This document shows, one piece after another, positions 48,891 through 63,270 of a stretch of DNA of 64,000 nucleotides. The notes under the pieces were generated by a model. That model saw nothing but the letters and a program-made list of their open reading frames with translations. It was not told the DNA's origin and made no database searches. Every line of letters starts with the position of its first letter. The first letter of the stretch is position 1. Source of the stretch: Octopus vulgaris (lineage: Eukaryota); NCBI GenBank assembly GCA_951406725.2, contig OX597820.1, positions 72,478,001 to 72,542,000 on the forward strand. Direction: 5' to 3'. The position numbers and the translations under genes were made by a program.

Positions 48891-51699
48891 TATGCTTACC
48901 ATTCTTTCAATCCTTTCCATTCTCAGCAGTTATTGTTTAGCTCAGCTTAGCCCACAATCAATTGATCTACATCAATCCCAACCTGTCATTTATTATCAGA
49001 TATGTCCTTCCTTATTTAAGAAGGTAGTATGTGATTTAAGAGATATTTGGCTGCTCTTTCTAGATGGTGGAATGATTACATAAAGGTTCCTTCTTATTAT
49101 TTTAGATGAAAGCCTCTCCTTTCCATCAGTTATTTCAACCCTTTTTCAAACTCTTATAACCACCAGTAATTGTTGAACTATCTCACATCATACATTGAGA
49201 ACATATATATCACCCACCAACTCTCTCTCTGTGTTTATCTTCGTCTGTCTGTTTGTCAGTCCCCAGCTCTCTCTGAGGTCATCATACTCAGTGACTTTGA
49301 TACCTGCATCTCTATTTGTCACCTGTATACTTCCTGCACTGGAATCAATAGAGCAGAAGCTGAAATATTAACAATTTCTAAGCACTTTGTCCCAGTTCAT
49401 ATCTTCACCTACTCTCATCCATATCCATAACTGACACAATGCTTCTTAAATGACCTTGTCTCTTTCTCATTTCTAAACCAAGATTTTAATAAGACATCCA
49501 TATCTCTCAACCCGGAGATCATCCAACCAAAACCTAAACAAAGCAATCCATTTAACATACCACACACGCCTTTGTACCTTGAAATCGACTAACCCTGGCA
49601 GTATGTGTATTTCATCCTAGATTGTTCTTGTGAGTGAAAGCCTATTCTAAGCATGTCCTTTCGTGTCCCTCACATTCAAAGAACACAGTCTATTACGCTT
49701 GAATGATATTACACGATGTCACCTACTGCATTGTGGAGGTATTTCATTGAGTGTTTGAAAAAAGGCTAAGGGTGTAAACCCGACAGAAAATATGGAAGGA
49801 GGGGCCTTAGGGTAGATATGCACAGTTATACACAAACAATATATGGTATCACCTGTGGTTTCATGGATGCTACGAATGCATTGACTCATCACTCCTTTGT
49901 GGCATATTCATGAGTGAAAAGGTGGGGAGCGTATTTGTGGCTTGGCCTTTGCTCCTGGAAAGAGTCCATGCACAGCAGAAGTCACCGTCTCTGCAATATC
50001 ATCAACCGTAATGTAAAAAGAAAAACATCACCAATCAACTTTCATGACTCTTAAATTACTATCTGACCATGTGCCATCAATAATGACAGCTAATTGTAGT
50101 ATTTTATACATAAATAAGGTATATAATAATCACACATACAAACATTCACATATACTCACACAGAGTTGAAACGCTGATTTTCTATCCACCCCTTCCTTCC
50201 TTATTCATCTATCACCCCTTCCTTTCTCTCATTGCTATTACTTTCTCTCACTACTTCTCAGTCAGGGTTATTACTCTCACTACTTCTCCTTCACTGAATT
50301 ACTATTTTCTCTCCTCCTCCATGTCTGGCGTGATTCTGGACATATATATATATATATATATATATACAAATATATAAAAACACTGCATTCATTATTATAT
50401 TCGGAGATTACTAAGCTCCTAGATATAGTTTAATATGACACATTAGTTCTTCAGTGCCTTTATCAGAACCTGAATGTTAGCAGCAGAGTGGGTCCAGTTA
50501 AAGGTATCCAAAAACCAGATTAAGGAATTAAAGAAAGTCCCTGAAAAAATATCATGGGGTATCCTTGGTCATCTGACTAAACTATTAAAAGTTCTGGTAT
50601 TTCTCAGAGCTGGTTCTTGCTTGGCTTTCTTTCTGCACATTAACAAGTCTCTCACAAACTTCCTCTGTATAACTGACATTATCTTTCTGTCATAAATATC
50701 CTTTCAACATGTAAGCAAGACATCTCATACGTTCATGTACTATTTCTATCAACAGGTAAGTTGAAAACAATTTCCAATGAAGATATGAAAACCTTATCTT
50801 TTTTAATAACACAAATATACACTCTGACTACACAAAAGAACTTCACAGTTTTATGCTACAAACTTGACATCGTTTATTCTTCCCAATCTCTGATGTTCTT
50901 TCATAGTAACAAGTTATTTATAATGTATCTAGAACTGCATTCCAAATGCTAGGTTTCCCCCCTTCAGAGACAAACTACAAAAGATTTAAGCAGTTACTGA
51001 ACCTAATCAAAGCACAGCTGCATCCCACATTAACAGAACTGCTTACATGTCAGGGATACTGATACTCTTAAACACATGCAAAATACAAATCGTCTGACCT
51101 TCACTCACTAAAAGCTATGACTGCCAGTCTTCCCTCTCTTTCTCTTCTATCATTTGTCTGAGACAAGCTAATAAAATTAAACTGTTGGTGCTGCTCAGTG
51201 ACCTTAGACTAACTAATAAAAATGTCAGTCTACAGATCTCAACTCATATATATGTGTGTGTGTATGTGTGTGTTTGTGTGTGTGCATGCACGTGTGTGTG
51301 TGCATGTATGTGTGTGTAATTATGTGTGAGTGTGTATCTGATTGTATGCGTGCATGTGTGATTGTGTGTGAGTGTATGTGTGTGTGATTGTGTGTGTGTG
51401 TATGAGCATGTGCATGTGTGTGCTTGTCTTATAGAAGTTAACTGGCTATAATGTCAATATACATTAAATTCATTTTACTAGAATATTTTTTGAAGAATTT
51501 GGTATTATTGACTTCATCTATCGGATTACTATTTTCTATGAAAGATTTTGATAAGTTTAATTCACTGTCTGTCTTTATGTGACCATTCTAACATGATATC
51601 TATCTGTACAATATTTACATAGACACAGACATGACAGAAGTAAATAGACACCACATGAAACATTGTTTTATGTCTTTTATAACTTATAAAGGTTTATAT

Positions 51700-52938
51700 T
51701 TTTTATTAATTAACATTTTGAAGCTTAAAGTTCTAAAAGAAGCCTTGGAACTGTCTGAATTTCAAAGAGACTGTATTGTGGGTCAGTCTGAAGGTGGACA
51801 TAGTGTAAAAATTGCAGAAAACCTTGGGATCCCACTTTCTAAAGTTAACAGAGTGATTGTGATTGTGCAATTCACCAGAGAGGGGAAGGAGTCCTCAACA
51901 CCTTGCTCAGGTTGACCAGGGTTCTCTGACAGGATCCACCTCTTTGTTAAGAGAAGTGTGGTGGATAATCCTCGTTGCAATACCTCTGACATAGTAGGAC
52001 AAGTTGGTGTCAGTCCCAGAACAGCTGTCAGGTATCTGCATTAATTTGGGTTACTATGACAGAATAGCAAGAAGGAAGCCACTTCTTTGGCCAGCCAATG
52101 TCAAGTGGAGAAAAGATTGGGCCAGTGAGACAGTGGAGAGGCCACTAACATTTTGGGACACTGACATTCTCCATTGGGTTCAGATTTGCTGTATTTCCTG
52201 ACAGTGATCAAGTGTGGGTCTGGAGATTCTGTGATCAAGAATTTGATGTGAAAAGATTGCAACCGACAATGAAACACTGCAGGTGGTCTGGGAAGCAATT
52301 TGGAATATAGTCAGAGCTGGTGGAGTGTGAGGGAAACATAAGCTCAAATTAATGTGTCCATATTGCAGAAAGGACTCTTTCCAATCTTCTCCAGTGGTGA
52401 AATGATTAAAGAAGTCTCTTTATTTATGGAAGATGGAGTTCTTTGTCACACAGCTAAAATGACCCGAGATTTGTTTGATGAGGATGGCATTAAAAAGCTT
52501 GCATGGCCAAGCCAGTCACCAGATATGAACCCTAATGAACACCTCTGGGACATAATGGACAGGACACTTCATAAAAAGAACAAGAAAGCATCTTCAAAGC
52601 CAAATCTTTTAAAATTACTGCATGAAACTTAGCTAGAAATTCCCCAAGAGAATATGATCAGTAAACATGCTTAACCCTTTCGTTACCAACCCGGCTGAAA
52701 CCGGCTCTAGCCCTTTAGTATAAATGTCTTGTTTTCATAAGTTTTGAATTAAAATTTTCCACCAAACCTTAGTCACAATTTATGTTCCTAACATTAGCTT
52801 AATGATAACTAAGTTATTTTACTAAATTCTTTGTTATATTTAAAGTAATTGAAAGAAACACAGAGCATCTCAAAATAAATACAGTAACAAAAAGGGTTAA
52901 TAAGGATAAATGCAAAGGGCATGTCTACTAAATATTAA
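51700..52938 (+). mobile_element. Decayed Tc1-like (DD34E) transposase region
   Basis: [12 protein letters not shown]...[38 protein letters not shown]...LAWPSQSPDMNPNEHLWD, and terminal INAKGMSTKY* after the MITE. Confidence 0.85.
52675..52896. mobile_element. piggyBac-type MITE nested in the Tc1 element
   Basis: TTAA target duplication (52671-52674, 52897-52900) and TIRs ccctttcgttac / gtaacaaaaaggg. Confidence 0.85.
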
Positions 52939-53003
52939 ATATTCACATTATAACAATTAAGAAAAATTTGAATGTATAATTTTAGATTATAAGGGTGTCT
53001 ATT

Positions 53004-53054
<51 letters not shown>

Positions 53055-53238
53055 GGGGGAGAATTCACAAAAAAAAACAAAAGAAAAAGACAGGTGGTGT
53101 AGACAACAAACAGATGTATTAGTATAACGCTCAGGAAATGAAAGAGTCTTTAACGTTTTAAGCCTACGCTCTTCCACAGAAAGAAACAAGGAGAGAAAAT
53201 AAAGAATGTGTAGTGGCTAGCGATTTATCATGGCGATG
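53055..53238 (-). mobile_element. Short (TA)n-associated element with decayed hammerhead
   Basis: Minus strand CTTT-CTGTGGA-A-GAGC-gtag-GCTT-AAAA-CGTT-AAAG (about 53147-53182) has the same geometry as 13571-13605, with different stem I pairs. Confidence 0.55.
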
Positions 53239-53389
53239 CATACATATATATATTTAACATGTCTTTCATGCTATCATTGGTTAGATAGTATGATAGCAGT
53301 TGGCTAGCCATAGATCTGTACTGAGCTTTCACATGATTCATATAGCTGTGTGTGCGTGTGTGTGTGTGTGTGTGCATGCACATGTATGT

Positions 53390-53601
53390 ATTCTTTCTTT
53401 TACTTGCTTCACCTATTTGACTGTGGCCATGCTGGAGCACCGCTTTAAAGGATTTTAGTTGAAGAAATCGGCCCAAGGACTTATTCTTTGTTAGCCTAGT
53501 ACTTATTCTATCGGTCTTTTTAGCCAAACAGCTAAGTTACGGGGACGTAAACACTCTAGCATCAGTTGTCAAGCGATGGTGGCGGGTAGAAAAAGAGACA
53601 C

Positions 53602-53642
<41 letters not shown>

Positions 53643-53802
53643 ACAGGATTCTTTCAGTTTCCATCTACCAAATCCACTAACAATAGTTTGGTTGGCCCGA
53701 GGCTATAGTAGAAGTCACTTGCCCAGGTGCCATACAGTGAGACTGAACCCAGAACCATGTGGTTCAGAAACAAGCTTATTACAACACAGCCATGCCTGCA
53801 GC
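53390..53802 (-). mobile_element. SINE family A, full length
   Basis: Reverse complement of family A. Confidence 0.85.
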
Positions 53803-54092
53803 TATATATCTTAATATATAAAATCCATTCCGTCTGTTTGTGTGCTTATAACTTGAGTCTTCTACTATAGCCTTGGACTGACCAAAGTCCTGTGAGTCGG
53901 TCTAGTTGACAGAAACTGAAAGTAAATTGTTGTATGTATGTATATATATCATTATCATCATCATCAACATCATTTAACATTCATTGTCCATGCTGGTATG
54001 GGCTGGATGGTTTGACCAGGGTTGGCAAGCTGAAAGGCTGCACCAGACTCCAGTTTGGCATGGTTACTATGACTGGACGCCCTTCCTAACTT

Positions 54093-54154
<62 letters not shown>

Positions 54155-54492
54155 TATATACACACACACACATACGTGTGTGTGTGTGTGTTTGTGCCTC
54201 AGTATCTGTATTTGTCCACCATCACTGCTTGACAGCCAGTCTTAGTGTGTTTACACCTCTGTAACTTATCAGTTCATCAAAAGGGAGCTGATATAATAAT
54301 TACCGTCTGCAAAAAAAACCCAAAAAAAAAAACAAGTACCAGGATCAATTCATTCGACTAGAAATTCTTCAAGGTGGTGCCCCAGCATGGCCACAGTCTA
54401 ATGACTGAAACACGTAAACAAGTCGAACAAAGATATGTTCTACCATTTATGAAGAGAATGTCATCCTTAACAGAATCCATTGCATTATTGTT

Positions 54493-54870
54493 ACTCTCTT
54501 TTACTTGTTTCAGTCATTTGACTGCGGCCATGCTGGAGCACCACCTTTTAGTTGAGCAAATCGAACCAGGACTTATTCTTTGGAAGCCTATTACTTATTC
54601 TATTGGTGTCTTTTGGCGAACTGCTAAGTTACGGGGACATAAACATACCACCATCAGTTGTCAAGCGATGTTGGGGGAGACAAACACAAACACACAAACA
54701 TATACACATATATATATATATATACGACGGGCTTCTTTCAGTTTCCGCCTACCAAAACCACTCACAAGGTTTTGGTCAGCCCGAGGCTATAGTAGAAGAC
54801 ACTTGCCCAAGGTGCCATGCAGTGGGAATGCACCTGGAACCATGTTGTTGGTAAGCAAGCTTCTTACAGC
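54493..54870 (-). mobile_element. SINE family A
   Basis: Reverse complement of family A, head slightly truncated. Confidence 0.85.
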
Positions 54871-55029
54871 CTAACAACAAACTTCCTCTGTATAACTTAC
54901 ATTATCTTTCTGTCATTAATATCCTTTCAACATGTAAGCAAGACATCTCATACACTCATGTACCTTAAAATTTCCGAGCTCGTCACATTTTAAAGAAAAA
55001 ATCCCTTTACCATTATTTCATTTTCCATG

Positions 55030-55465
55030 CATTTGTCATCCATCTGTACACCTGAACATACATCGGTGTATTCCTTTGCAAAAGCTTTTGCATTTCAAAA
55101 AGTGATAACACCCTGATGTATGACAGCTAAAATCTTTCAAATTATTATAACCTGCAATCTTCTTTGCTTTAAAAACGATCAGAATTGTAGAAACAAAAGC
55201 TCCTTGCTTTCTTTGATCTGCAACCCAATCATAAAACTAATTTTCAAGATCCTGCAATTTTGCTTTTCTTCCTTCAGAAATTACTTTTATCACCTTAAAT
55301 CATTTTCACTTCTTCTTCATGATTGCGTCAGGAATGAATTATTTTCTCCATTAGTGGAGGCCAGAATACCCTTTCGCTGCTCATTTTCCTTGATCTTTTG
55401 CATTATTTATCACATTCAATTTGAACTTAGATGTGTATGACAGTTTTTTACTTTAGATACCATAA
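55030..55465 (-). mobile_element. Decayed pogo-family transposase N-terminus (Brinker-like HTH plus CENP-B-type HTH)
   Basis: SYTSKFKLNVINNAKDQGK*AA and GRKAKLQDLEN*FYDWVADQRKQGAFVSTILIVFKAKKIA...DF...SGCYHFLK on the minus strand. Confidence 0.65.
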
Positions 55466-55789
55466 AGGGTGTCAAAAATCTGATGGAAAACAATGTAGTT
55501 AAGCCTAAAAGTCAATTATTTTGTACCTCACTTAACTGCTGTAACTGTATCCTTTTATTCTTTTATGTTTCAGCCCTAAGGCTGTGGCCATGCTGGAGCT
55601 TTGCTAACATCTTTTATCAATAATCCTTCCATTTTGTTTTTGTTGTTTATCTTGTTCTGTTTTAACAAATTTGTAATGTTAATAGCAACAGTTTTTAGAA
55701 TATATCAATGTAAAATTAAATAAAAGCTTGATAAAGTTATAACAGGCTATATTAATTAGAAGGCATGTTTCCTTTATGTTTCTCGACAA

Positions 55790-56030
55790 CAGTTTTCCTT
55801 AAATCTCAAGAATTTTTCTTAGGATTCTTGCAGAATACAGTTTGGCACTTTTCTGCAGGAGACAATGTGAGTCTAAATTCCAATATCTTTCAGTCTCTAA
55901 GGTAGCATTTTGGGTATTGTACCAAGTGCACCAATCATCATAGAAACGAAAGCCATTTTTGTCTTCCACAAATTCTTCAACTCTCTGGTGAGGTCACAAT
56001 ATTTCTCTCATATTAAAATTTCTTTGGCAT
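55790..56030 (-). mobile_element. R4/Dong-type endonuclease C-terminal fragment
   Basis: EKYCDLTRELKNLWKTKMAFVSMMIGALGTIPK. Confidence 0.65.
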
Positions 56031-56245
56031 TCTTTTCTACTCTAGGCACAAGGCCTGAAATTTTGGGGGAGGGGGCCAGTTGATTAGATCGACCCCAGCA
56101 TGCAACTAGTACTTAATTTATCGACTCCGAAAGGATGAAAGGCAAAGTTGACCTTGGCGGAATTTGAACTCAGAATGTAGCAGCAGATAAAATACTGCTA
56201 AGCATTTCAGCTGGCTTGCTAATGATTCTGTCAGTTTGCCGCCTG
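56030..56245 (-). mobile_element. SINE family B monomer
   Basis: ggcacaaggcctgaaattttggggg...aaaggatgaaaggcaaagttgacc...gaatttgaactc; (AAT)n at its head. Confidence 0.8.
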
Positions 56246-56261
56246 ATAATAATAATAATAC

Positions 56262-57063
56262 TGAATAGAGTCATTATTAAGCAAATTGAAATGGAAGGAT
56301 ACAGATATCTTGGTGTACTAGAGTGCAATGAGATAATAGAAAATGAAATGAAAGAGCAACTGAGGATGGAGTATTTCTGAAGACTGAGGTTGGTGCTGTA
56401 CTCAAAATTGACTGGATGGAATAAAATCCAAGCAGATAATACGTAGGCGATAGCATCACTTCAGTATGGAGCAGAAATTATAATATGGCAAAAGAGAGAA
56501 ATGAAGAAAATGGATACCAAGATCAGAAAAATTTAACAGTACATGAAGCCTTCCACATTAAGAGTGACACTGGTAGGCTGTACTTGTCCAGAAGAAAGGG
56601 TGGAAGAGGTTTGATCAGTTGCAAGGACTGTATCAAAAGCAGAGGAAAACAGCCTAGGTTGGTATATAAAAAATGCCGTGGAGCCACTGATGAAACACAC
56701 GAAGAAGGCCAACATCATCAAAACTGAAAATTGGGTAACTTTAAAGAGAAATTTAAACAAGGAATGGACAAATAAAAAGCAAAAGCATGGAAGGAAAAAA
56801 AATGTACGGTCAGTTTGCAAGAGATGTGAATGCCAAGGCAGATACAGAAGACCGGTGGCTATGGATGAGGAGTGACCTGAAGATGGAGACAGAAGCACTC
56901 ATATGTGCAGCTCAGGAACGAGTGTTAAGGACCAACTATATGAAGTTCAGAAATAGACAACACAACTGATAGTGACAAATGCAGAATGTGTGGTGAGAGG
57001 GGTGAAATGGTATGGCACATCATTAGTGAATGCCCAAAATTGACACAATGCAAATACAAATGA
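56262..57063 (+). mobile_element. R4/Dong-type fragment (RT C-terminal region to zinc knuckle), decayed
   Basis: GYRYLGVLE, RLRLVLYSKL.G.NKIQA, RLYLSRRKGGRGL, KKMYGQFAR...WLWMRSDLKMETEALICAAQERVLRTNY, KCRMCGERGEMVWHIISECPKL (CCHC knuckle). Confidence 0.85.
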
Positions 57064-57299
57064 CTCCATGTATGCATGCATGTATGTATGTATGAGTTTG
57101 TGCCCGCTTGTTTTGTTATCGCATGGTAGGTGTAAATGCTATACAAGTGGTGTCACTCATTTTCTATCTTCTATGAAAACTTCTCTGGCCATGGGGAGGC
57201 TGTTACACAGGTGAGGTTTGACAATAAGAAAGATATCCAGTTGTAGAAAATCTGCCCCAATGAATTCTTGTTTCCCCTGTGCAAGCAGGGAATTTGGAA

Positions 57300-57630
57300 A
57301 ATGGCAATGACAGTGACAACAGCAATGAAGCTGATCAGGATGATGATGAAGATGACATGAATAACACTGATGATGGTGGTGGTGGTGGTGGTGGTGATGA
57401 TGATGATGATGATAATGATGGTGGTGGTGGTAATGATGATGATGATGATAATTGCAATGGTGGTCATAGTGGTGATGATGACAATGATGATGAGGAGGAG
57501 GGAAGGAGGGAAAGAGGAGTATGGTGATGATGATTTTGATCATGATGAAAATGGTGGTGGTGGTGGTGATGGTGTTGTTGGTAGTGGAGGTGGTGGCAAT
57601 AATGATGATGATAATGATGAGGATGATGAA
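57300..57630. repeat. Compound (GAT)n/(GGT)n microsatellite
   Basis: Direct inspection. Confidence 0.9.
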
Positions 57631-58810
57631 TCATTTGCACTTACATTGATAATGCTCATGGGAAAATCATGAATATCACGCTTCCTCTTTGGTAGAATAA
57701 CATTCATGTTTATATTACACAAGATCTATGCTTCCAATGGACAAATAAGAACTTACCCACAATTAATGACAAAGATAATTAATACAGCTTTTAAAAATAT
57801 TTGTTATAGTTTACATTACTTTGTTGCTTTTAAATTATGTTGTTGAGTTAATTAATTATAATTGTAAACCTGCCTTAAGCCAATTATACATTACTGTGAA
57901 AATAAACTTCTAGTCATTAACTTGAGAAATATTAAATAAGATTCCTATCTCTCCACTTACCTATCTGTCTATCTGTCTGTCTATCTATCTACTAGCTAGC
58001 TAGCAAGCTATCTGTCTTTCAATCTGTCTATGGGAATCTATTACTATGTCTGTTTGTCCGTCTGTCAGTCCATCCATCCGTCCATCCATCCATCCATCCA
58101 TCCATGTAGCAAGCTATCTGTCTGTCAGTCTGTCTATAGGGATCTATCACTATATCTATCTATCTATCTATCTGTCAGTCTATGTAGATCCAGCCAGCCA
58201 TCCATCTACCCCTCTATGTATGTATATATATATATGTACATATGCATATATACATACATGTATGCATGTGTCAATCTATATGTGTGTATGTTCTTTCTTT
58301 TATTCTTTTATTTGTTCCAGTCATTTGACTGTGGCCATGCTGGAGCACTGCTTTAGTCAAACAGATCGATACCAGGACTTATTCTTTGTAATCCTAGTAC
58401 TTACTCTATCAGTCTCTTTTGCCGAACTGCTGAGTTACACACCTACACCATAAACACACCTGCACCGATTATCAAGCAAAGGTGGGGCAACAAACACAGA
58501 CACACAAATGCATGCATACATATATATATGTTTGTGTGTCTGTGTTTGCCCCCACCCCACCACCATAGCATGGCAACTGATGTTGGTGTGTTTACATCCC
58601 CGTAACTAAGCAGTTCGGCAAAAGTGACCAATAGAATAAGTACTAGGCTTACAAAGAATAAGTCCTGGGGTCGATTTCTTCAACTAAAAGTGGTGCTCCC
58701 TATATTTTTTTTTATTTATTTGTAAGTATGTATTTTTATCAGTCTGCCTATCTATCTATCTATCACCACCATAGCAACAACAACAACAAAATCATCATCA
58801 TCATCATCAT

Positions 58811-58857
<47 letters not shown>

Positions 58858-59632
58858 TAATATTGATAATTTAACATCCACTTTTCCATACTTGCAAGGA
58901 TCAGGCAGAACACTTTGATGGGGTTTTTCTATGACCAATCTTCACCTGTTTCCATGCAAGGTAATATTTTCCCATAGCCAGACAACTTCCACCACAGAAG
59001 ACTCGAAATGAACAACCTCACTTATATGACAGGGATGCTTGTTTACAATCTGTGTTTATGTCTACCTTAGAGAAAAGAATAGTCCTGAAATTAAACTTTT
59101 TAACAATTAAGGCAGAGAAGTGCATTATCATCATCTGTCCACTTTTCCTTGCTTCCATGGGTCAAACCAAATTTGTTCAGGCAGATTTTCTTCATCCAGA
59201 TACCTTCCTTGTTGTCAACCCTCACCTGTTTCCAAGCAAGGTGATATTTTCCCACAGCAAGACACATATTGTTGTAGAAATGAACAACCTCCCTTATATG
59301 AAGATAATCCTTGTTAACTACCATCACATGGTGTCTAGACAAGGGTACATGCACACACACATGCATGCACATACATACTTGCGCACACACACACACACAT
59401 GCCTTAAAATCACAAGCAATTAATATGTGGAAAACACAAGTTAGACATTCAAAAATAAATGAAGACTGTTCACTACATTTATACATTATTTGGGATCAAA
59501 ATTTTTGTTGCTCCAATTGGAACCTGGTCACTGACGCAGTTCCACTGCATCTCATGAGATGAATGTTTGGAGTGAAGTTCATCAGAGTACCTGTGTGTTT
59601 TTGAATGGCTGTATCATGTTGAATATGTGCCT

Positions 59633-60070
59633 TCATCATCATCATCATCATCATCGTTTAACATCCATCTTCTATGCTGGCATGGGCCAGACCAGGTAAC
59701 AGGAGCTGGTAAACCAGAGGACTGCACCACGCTCCACTGTCTCTTTTGGCATTGTTTTTACATTTGGATGCCCTTCCTAACACCAACCACTTTATAGAGT
59801 GGACTGGATGCTTTTTACATGGTACCAGAATCAGCAAGATCTGTTTTGGTAAGGTTTTTACAGCGGAATGTGTTTCCAAATGCCAACCACTTTACAGAAA
59901 GGACTGGATGCTTTTCATGCTGCACCGGCAGTGGCAAGGCTGCTTTGGCATAGTTTTTACAACTGGAAGCCCTTCCAAATACCAACCACTTTACAGAGTG
60001 GACTGAATGCATTTTTTTACATAGCACCAGCTCCAGTGAGGTCACCAAGTAACTTGCAAGACAAAGATTC
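59633..60070 (-). mobile_element. RTE-type 3' end with three tandem copies of the conserved terminal block
   Basis: (CAT)n, then gttttta...ccttcc..a..ccaaccacttta.aga..ggactg.atgc three times (about 59750, 59850, 59950). Confidence 0.7.
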
Positions 60071-61117
60071 ATACCTTCCATGCTGTAATTGTTTTAGTTT
60101 TAACTCATGGTTTCAGATGGCATTACTTGCCACGCAAGTATACCTCCAAAATTTAAATCTTTAAACCTTAAAGAATCCTGATGCTAGTAAAATAGGATAT
60201 AAAGAAACATATTGTCCTCCGGATCCTATCCATATTTTGTTGCATTTATTAGTTACATTTCCAAAATTGCCTTAATCAATTTTATATTTATTATACAGAA
60301 CTGTTGCAACAGACTTTTTGACAAACCTATTCTTATCTTAATTATCAAAACTAACGAATATAATTATAGAAAACTGAGAAACATTTCCCAAAGGAAACTT
60401 CAAAAGATTAAAATTATATGTTACTGCCTAGTTACCAATTGCGAGAATTATGTTTGAAATTAATGGTGTTGTATAATTTTTGAATGTCTTTTATTGTTCT
60501 ATTATCACAAATAATATTTCATTGTGTTCGCGTTGAAGCTTTATAAGCTCTTCAGAATTATATTGTAACTGTCAATGATAAAATTCCTAGTTGCTTAGCT
60601 ACAGTCTGAATACTGTTCAAGAATTTGGACCATAGATTTGCAGTATTTGAACTTGTTGGGTACAATTATTGACAGCTGCTGCAGTTACCATGACCCACGG
60701 TTCCATCTTTGCCTCCTTTTTGGATTATTATCAAACAAAAAAACTATTTTAATACTAATAATAAATGTAATAAAAATGCTTTTCATTTTTATGGCTTCGA
60801 ATACCTCCTTAACAATGTAGCTCATGCCGATGATGAGGGTGATGATGATGATGGCGGTTGTTGTTGTTGTTGGTAATGAAAGTGCTGGTGGTGTTGATAG
60901 TGACAACAGCAGCAACAACAGATTATCAATGATATGGATAAAAAGAACGGTGAAGCGGATGAAGAGAAACGAGGAGTAGAAAGAGAAGAAAGATGTAACA
61001 GAAATAAGGGAATGAGCAGTGGAGCAGGAAAAGGGGAATTGTAGGATCATGATATGAAGAAGAAAGAAAAAACCTTTCAGAAATGCTGACAAGGGAGAAC
61101 AGCAGAAGAAAAGGAAC

Positions 61118-61182
61118 AATATACATATACATATGTTTGAGTGTGTAAGTGTGTGTGTGTATATATATATATACCTATATAT

Positions 61183-61225
<43 letters not shown>

Positions 61226-61401
61226 CATATGTATATATATGCATATATATATATATGTGTATATATATATGCATATATATATATATATGTATATATATAT
61301 GCATATAGGTATATACATGTATATATGTGTGTGTATGTATATATATACATACAAACATATATATATATGTATATATGTAAATGTGTGAGTATATATAAAT
61401 A

Positions 61402-61447
<46 letters not shown>

Positions 61448-61632
61448 CACAAAATATACAATATATTTTTGCAATATATATATACATACACACAATATAT
61501 ATATGTGTATATATACAAAATATACACTATATTTATACAATATATATATATATGCTTTTGTATACAAAATATACAATATATTTTTACAGTATATATATAC
61601 ATACACACACAATATATAAATATATATATATC
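61118..61632. repeat. Compound (TA)n/(TG)n/(CA)n low-complexity tract
   Basis: Direct inspection; accounts for the 349-aa artefact ORF. Confidence 0.95.
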
Positions 61633-62017
61633 ATGATACTGTGGAGAAGCAGGATAAAGAGGGGTGGGATGGAAAAGAACGAAGAATAAGACAGTTTTAT
61701 AATCTGTTCTACCTCCCCCTCCCTCAACCCCCACCCCTATCAGTTTCTTTTTTTTTTTAAACTCTCCTTTTTAATACATTCAGTAAGACCCTTTATACAG
61801 TGAAAGATTTCAGCTTCCCTCACTTACTTCTAAGAGAAGCATATAAAGAAATCCCTGATTCTCACTTCACTTTTAACCATTCTAAAACATTAGCAAATCC
61901 TATTAACTTTATTGATGGAATACTTCTTCCGACATTAAAATTGATATTATTGATTTTTTGCACCCCGGCTTCCAACCCTAGCCCGACCCAGGCTATATAT
62001 AGCACATTTCATCCCTC

Positions 62018-62345
62018 ATCATAATAATACTAATACTGCAACTACTACTACTACAATTAATAATAATAATAATAATAATAAAGATAATAATAATGATAAT
62101 AATAATTATTATCATTGTTGTTGTCATTATTATTACTATTATTATTAACAATAATGCTGATGATGATGGTGATGATGATGGCAGTGGTGGTGGTGGCAGC
62201 AGTAGAGGGTGATGATGACGTAGTGGTGGTGCTGCTGCTCCTGCTAGTACCACTGCTACTACTACTATAACTACTACTACTACTAATAATAATAATAATA
62301 ATGATAATGATGATGACAATGATGACGACGACGATTATAATAATC

Positions 62346-62395
<50 letters not shown>

Positions 62396-62430
62396 CATAA
62401 CAACAACAATAATAATAAAGATAATAAGAT
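62018..62430. repeat. Compound trinucleotide tract (AAT, ACT, GAT, GGT)
   Basis: Direct inspection. Confidence 0.95.
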
Positions 62431-62923
62431 GGCAAGAGCAAATGAAAACAGAAATTAAAGAAAAAAAAAAACATAACACTACAATTAGAAGTGAGTAGCT
62501 CTGACCATTTCTCTTCAAATGACTCTGTTAACCGAAATAGTTATATTGTTGCCAAGCTCTGCACTAAAGAATTTTACCCATTTAAATAATATTTTCCCCA
62601 TTTACCATCACTGCAATCATCCTTAATGTCTTCTAGTACAAAGTCCATCTTTGAGTACAATGTCCATTGAATAACGTTTTTTAAAATTCTACTCTATATA
62701 TAGTACATCATATTTAAGTTTATTGTGTTAGAATTTTATTTTCTAAATTATATACATATATATCATCATCATCACCCTCATCAGTGTTTAACATCTGCCT
62801 TCCAGGCTGGCAATATATATATATACATATGTGTGTGTGTATGTATGTATATATATATATACACATACACACACACATATATATATAACTATATCAATCT
62901 ACATACATACACACATATATATT

Positions 62924-62958
62924 TAAATATGAATGAAAAGTACCCTGAAGGATATTTG

Positions 62959-63009
<51 letters not shown>

Positions 63010-63270
63010 AGTATTTATGTGTATATATATATATATATCTATATATATATATCTATGTATGTATTTATGTGTATATATATATATATATATATCTATATCT
63101 ATATATATATATATATATGTATGTATTTATGTGTATATATATATATATATCTATATATATATATGTATGTATATATGTGTGTATATATATATATATATAT
63201 ACATAAATACATATATATATATATATATTTATATCAAATATCCCTCAGGCTACTTCTCATTCATATTTAA
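62924..63270. repeat. ~45-bp inverted repeat arms around a (TA)-rich core
   Basis: aaatatgaatgaaaagtaccctgaaggatatttgatataaat versus atttatatcaaatatccctcaggctacttctcattcatattt. Confidence 0.8.

Noticed and set aside
49170-49430. SEVIILSDFD as an AP-endonuclease remnant of a LINE
   Set aside because: Single weak motif; too decayed to call.
60688-60750. Minus-strand GGKDGTV resembling a WD40 motif
   Set aside because: Seven-residue match only, with a poor acceptor and no supporting exons.
60685-61734. 349-aa ORF and the many other Y/I/C/V/H/T-rich ORFs
   Set aside because: Translations of (TA)n, (TG)n and (CA)n microsatellites.
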